Below are positions 61,547-64,000 of a stretch of 64,000 nucleotides of DNA, in pieces; within the stretch, counting starts at the first letter, position 1, and each line of letters begins with the position of its first letter. The DNA is taken from assembly GCF_009914755.1 (NCBI RefSeq), contig NC_060931.1. The stretch is one strand, 5' to 3'. This stretch comes from the human T2T-CHM13v2.0 reference genome, Homo sapiens. The position numbers and the translations under genes were made by a program. The notes below the pieces were generated by a model. It did no database searches. It worked only from the letters and a program-made list of their open reading frames with translations, and was not told where the DNA came from.

Positions 61547-62166
61547 CATTATAAGAAAGAAATAATGATGCATGTCTAAACTAAGGTAGCAAGAATGGAC
61601 ATGGAGAGAGGAAGCATTGAAAGGGTTTAAGATATATTAAGGACATAGAACCAACAGAATTTGATTATTGATGGTATCCTCCATCAATGCTATCCTTCCA
61701 TTTTCATAAGCCATAAATCTGCTCCCATTATATCCTGCAGATATATCCTGAGGTCCAAGATAGGGACCTCAGGAGGAAAAGCAGGTTGTGGAGTGAAGGT
61801 AATTAGTTTAGTTTTCAACATGTTGAGTTGAAGTGTCCATAGAATATCAAAGTGAAGCTGTCTACTACATAATTGAACAGGGAAGTCTAGAACTCAGGAG
61901 AGAGATCTATGCTGGAGTCATCAGAATAAGGAATAGTTCATGGAAGTAGATGAAATCCCCAAGAGAAGGCATAGAGAAAGGAAAGAAGAGGATCTACTTT
62001 GGAACCCTATGAAAACCCTGATATTTAAAAAGTGAGGAAAGAAAAAATACAGGGGAAAAATATCCCAAGAGGTAGGAGGACCAGGAACAAGTAGTTTCAA
62101 AGGAGCCAGGGGAGGAAACATCAGCAGTATTAAATGCCAGCTAGAAGTCAAGAAAAAGAGGATTGT

Positions 62167-62470
62167 GGCCAGCTGCAGTGGCTCACACCTGTAATCCCAG
62201 CACTTTGGAAGGCCGAGGTGAGCGAATCACCTGAGGTTAGGAGTTCGAGACCAGCCTGGCCAATATGGCAAAACCCCATCTCTACTAAAATTAGCCGGGT
62301 GTAGTGGCACACACCTGTAGTCCCAGCTACTCAGGAGCTGAGACACAAGAATCTCTTGAACCCAGGAGGCAGAGGTTGTGATGAGCTGAAATTGCACAAC
62401 TGCACTCCAGCCTGGGCAACAGAGCAAGACTCTGTCTCAAGAAAAAAAAAAAAAGCAAAGCAAAGAAAAA
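62167..62470 (+). mobile_element. Alu (S-type)
   Basis: Full dimer; flanking aaaaagagga. Confidence 0.92.
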
Positions 62471-62739
62471 GAGGACTGAAGTTTTTGGATTTAGTAAGGA
62501 GGTCATTGTTGTGTTCGGCAAGAAGGAGTTTATTAGTAAAATGGGGATAGTAGCCAAACTGCAGTGAGTTCAAGACAGGATAAGAGTAGAGGATGCAGAT
62601 AGATGAAGTTCTTTTATATAAGAAGGACTAAAGGGCAAGTAGGGAAGGAAAATAAAAGAGAGTGGTGTAATCCATGGTCTGCAAGCTTAAGGCTGCACAA
62701 GGAAAGAAGGAAATACTACACTAATAGAATTCTTCATTC

Positions 62740-63520
62740 TCTCAGGCTTCAAATTAAATGGCATTACCACCCACCAATTGCTCAACACAAAAAGCATGTA
62801 GATATTCTTGATTCTTCTCTTTTCCTCCGTTTTCACAATCCTCAGAATTCAGGTCAACTTTACCTCCAAAACATTTCCAAAATGTCTCTTTCGGTCTCCA
62901 CTGCTACCACCCTAATACAAACCATCATCCCTCTTCTGTGCTCTTGTAATAGCTTTCTAAATGGTTTTCCTGCTTCTGCTCTTGTCCTCATTCACCACAG
63001 CACAGCTAGAGTTTCATAAATCATAAGTCTTAAGACATAAATCAGATCATGTGATTTCTCATCTTAGAATCCCTCCATGTCTGCTGATGGCACCTGTGAT
63101 AAAGTCCAGACTCCTCCTCCATGCAGGGCCCGTGGAGCCCTGTACGGCATCCCCGACCACCTCTTCAACCTCATCTCCCACCACTCTCCACCACCGCAGT
63201 GACACCAGCCTTATTTCTCTTCCTCAAACTTGTTGAATTTGCTCTTGTATTATAGGATTTACCCTATATACTTCCTTTTCCTGGAATACTCTTTTGGTCA
63301 TTCTGATCTTTGCTTATATGTCACCTCCTCAAAGAAGCCCTCCCTGACCACGCCACCTGAAGTGTCCTTCTCTCTCCACGTTTCCAACCATCCTATATAT
63401 ATTTTTTTCGTAGTAATGGAACTTTATTTCTATTTGTTTTTATCACATACGGTTGAAAACTCCTCTAAAATGCAAACCTTGTGAAGATTACTGGCATATA
63501 TCAGGCACTTAAAAAATATT
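62740..63520 (+). mobile_element. L2 3' region
   Basis: ctccactgctaccaccctaat...taaatcagatcatgtga. Confidence 0.75.
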
Positions 63521-63526
63521 AATTAG

Positions 63527-63680
63527 GGCCGGGCACGGTGGCTCACGCCTGTAATCCCAGCACTTTGGGATGCCGAGGCGGGCAGATCACGAGGTCAGGA
63601 GATCGAGACCATCCTGACTAACATGGTGAAACCCCATCTCCACTAAAAAGACAAAAAATTAGTAGGGCATGGTGGTGGGA
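63527..63680 (+). mobile_element. Young Alu, 3'-truncated
   Basis: ggccgggcacggtggctcacgcc...gagatcgagaccatcc, stops early in the right arm. Confidence 0.92.
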
Positions 63681-64000
63681 CTATATAATGAATATATATA
63701 TATATTCATTGGGTGTTTGTAGTAGGAAAAGGAGAAGAGCAACCATTTATTAGAAATTAGAGACATCAAGAATCAGTCTTAGTGTAATTGGAATGGCTAG
63801 TGGTGATGATTACTAGGATTTTAAGATTTTGGAAGTGGAAGAGTTACCAGCTGTGTGATCCTGGACGTTTATATTCTCTGAGCCTCACTTTGTAGTTAAC
63901 AATACTATATGCCTCACAAGGCTGTTAGGAAAATGAAACGAAATGGAATAGGTATAGGCATAAGGCAGTCTTGTGAAATTATTTTCAGGAATTCAAGACT

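Larger units (their letters stand above)
60480..62700 (-). mobile_element. L2 fragments (interrupted)
   Basis: attcattattgagtgcttgctgtgtgtcaggtactgtgctgg reverse 3' end; ttttagaaagatc; ttcaacatgttgagttgaagtg. Confidence 0.75.

Overview
Primate (very probably human) genomic DNA, rich in Alu, L1, L2, MIR, LTR and hAT DNA-transposon copies. I can support no spliced protein-coding exon chain; nearly all ORFs in the track derive from repeats or GC-rich chance frames. Positions 1-53,000 look like one long intron of a minus-strand gene. Its CpG-island promoter (about 53.1-55.9 kb) has several alternative 5' exons ending in GT donors. A second GC-rich island (about 57.3-57.9 kb) holds a divergent plus-strand first exon ending ATG|GTAAGT. 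That exon contains a pure (GGC)10 tract, which an upstream ATG reads as a short polyglycine uORF. I could not identify either gene from the sequence. Best observations: the polyG uORF; a MER41 LTR fragment that appears to have been retroposed by L1 machinery with both GAS (STAT) sites intact; a complete CpG-rich LTR12 solo LTR; an Alu trimer inside one target-site duplication; a U6 retrocopy nested in Alu/MIR/L2; and several small template-switch or inversion scars. Repeat family names come from my recall of the consensus sequences and need confirming with RepeatMasker/Dfam.
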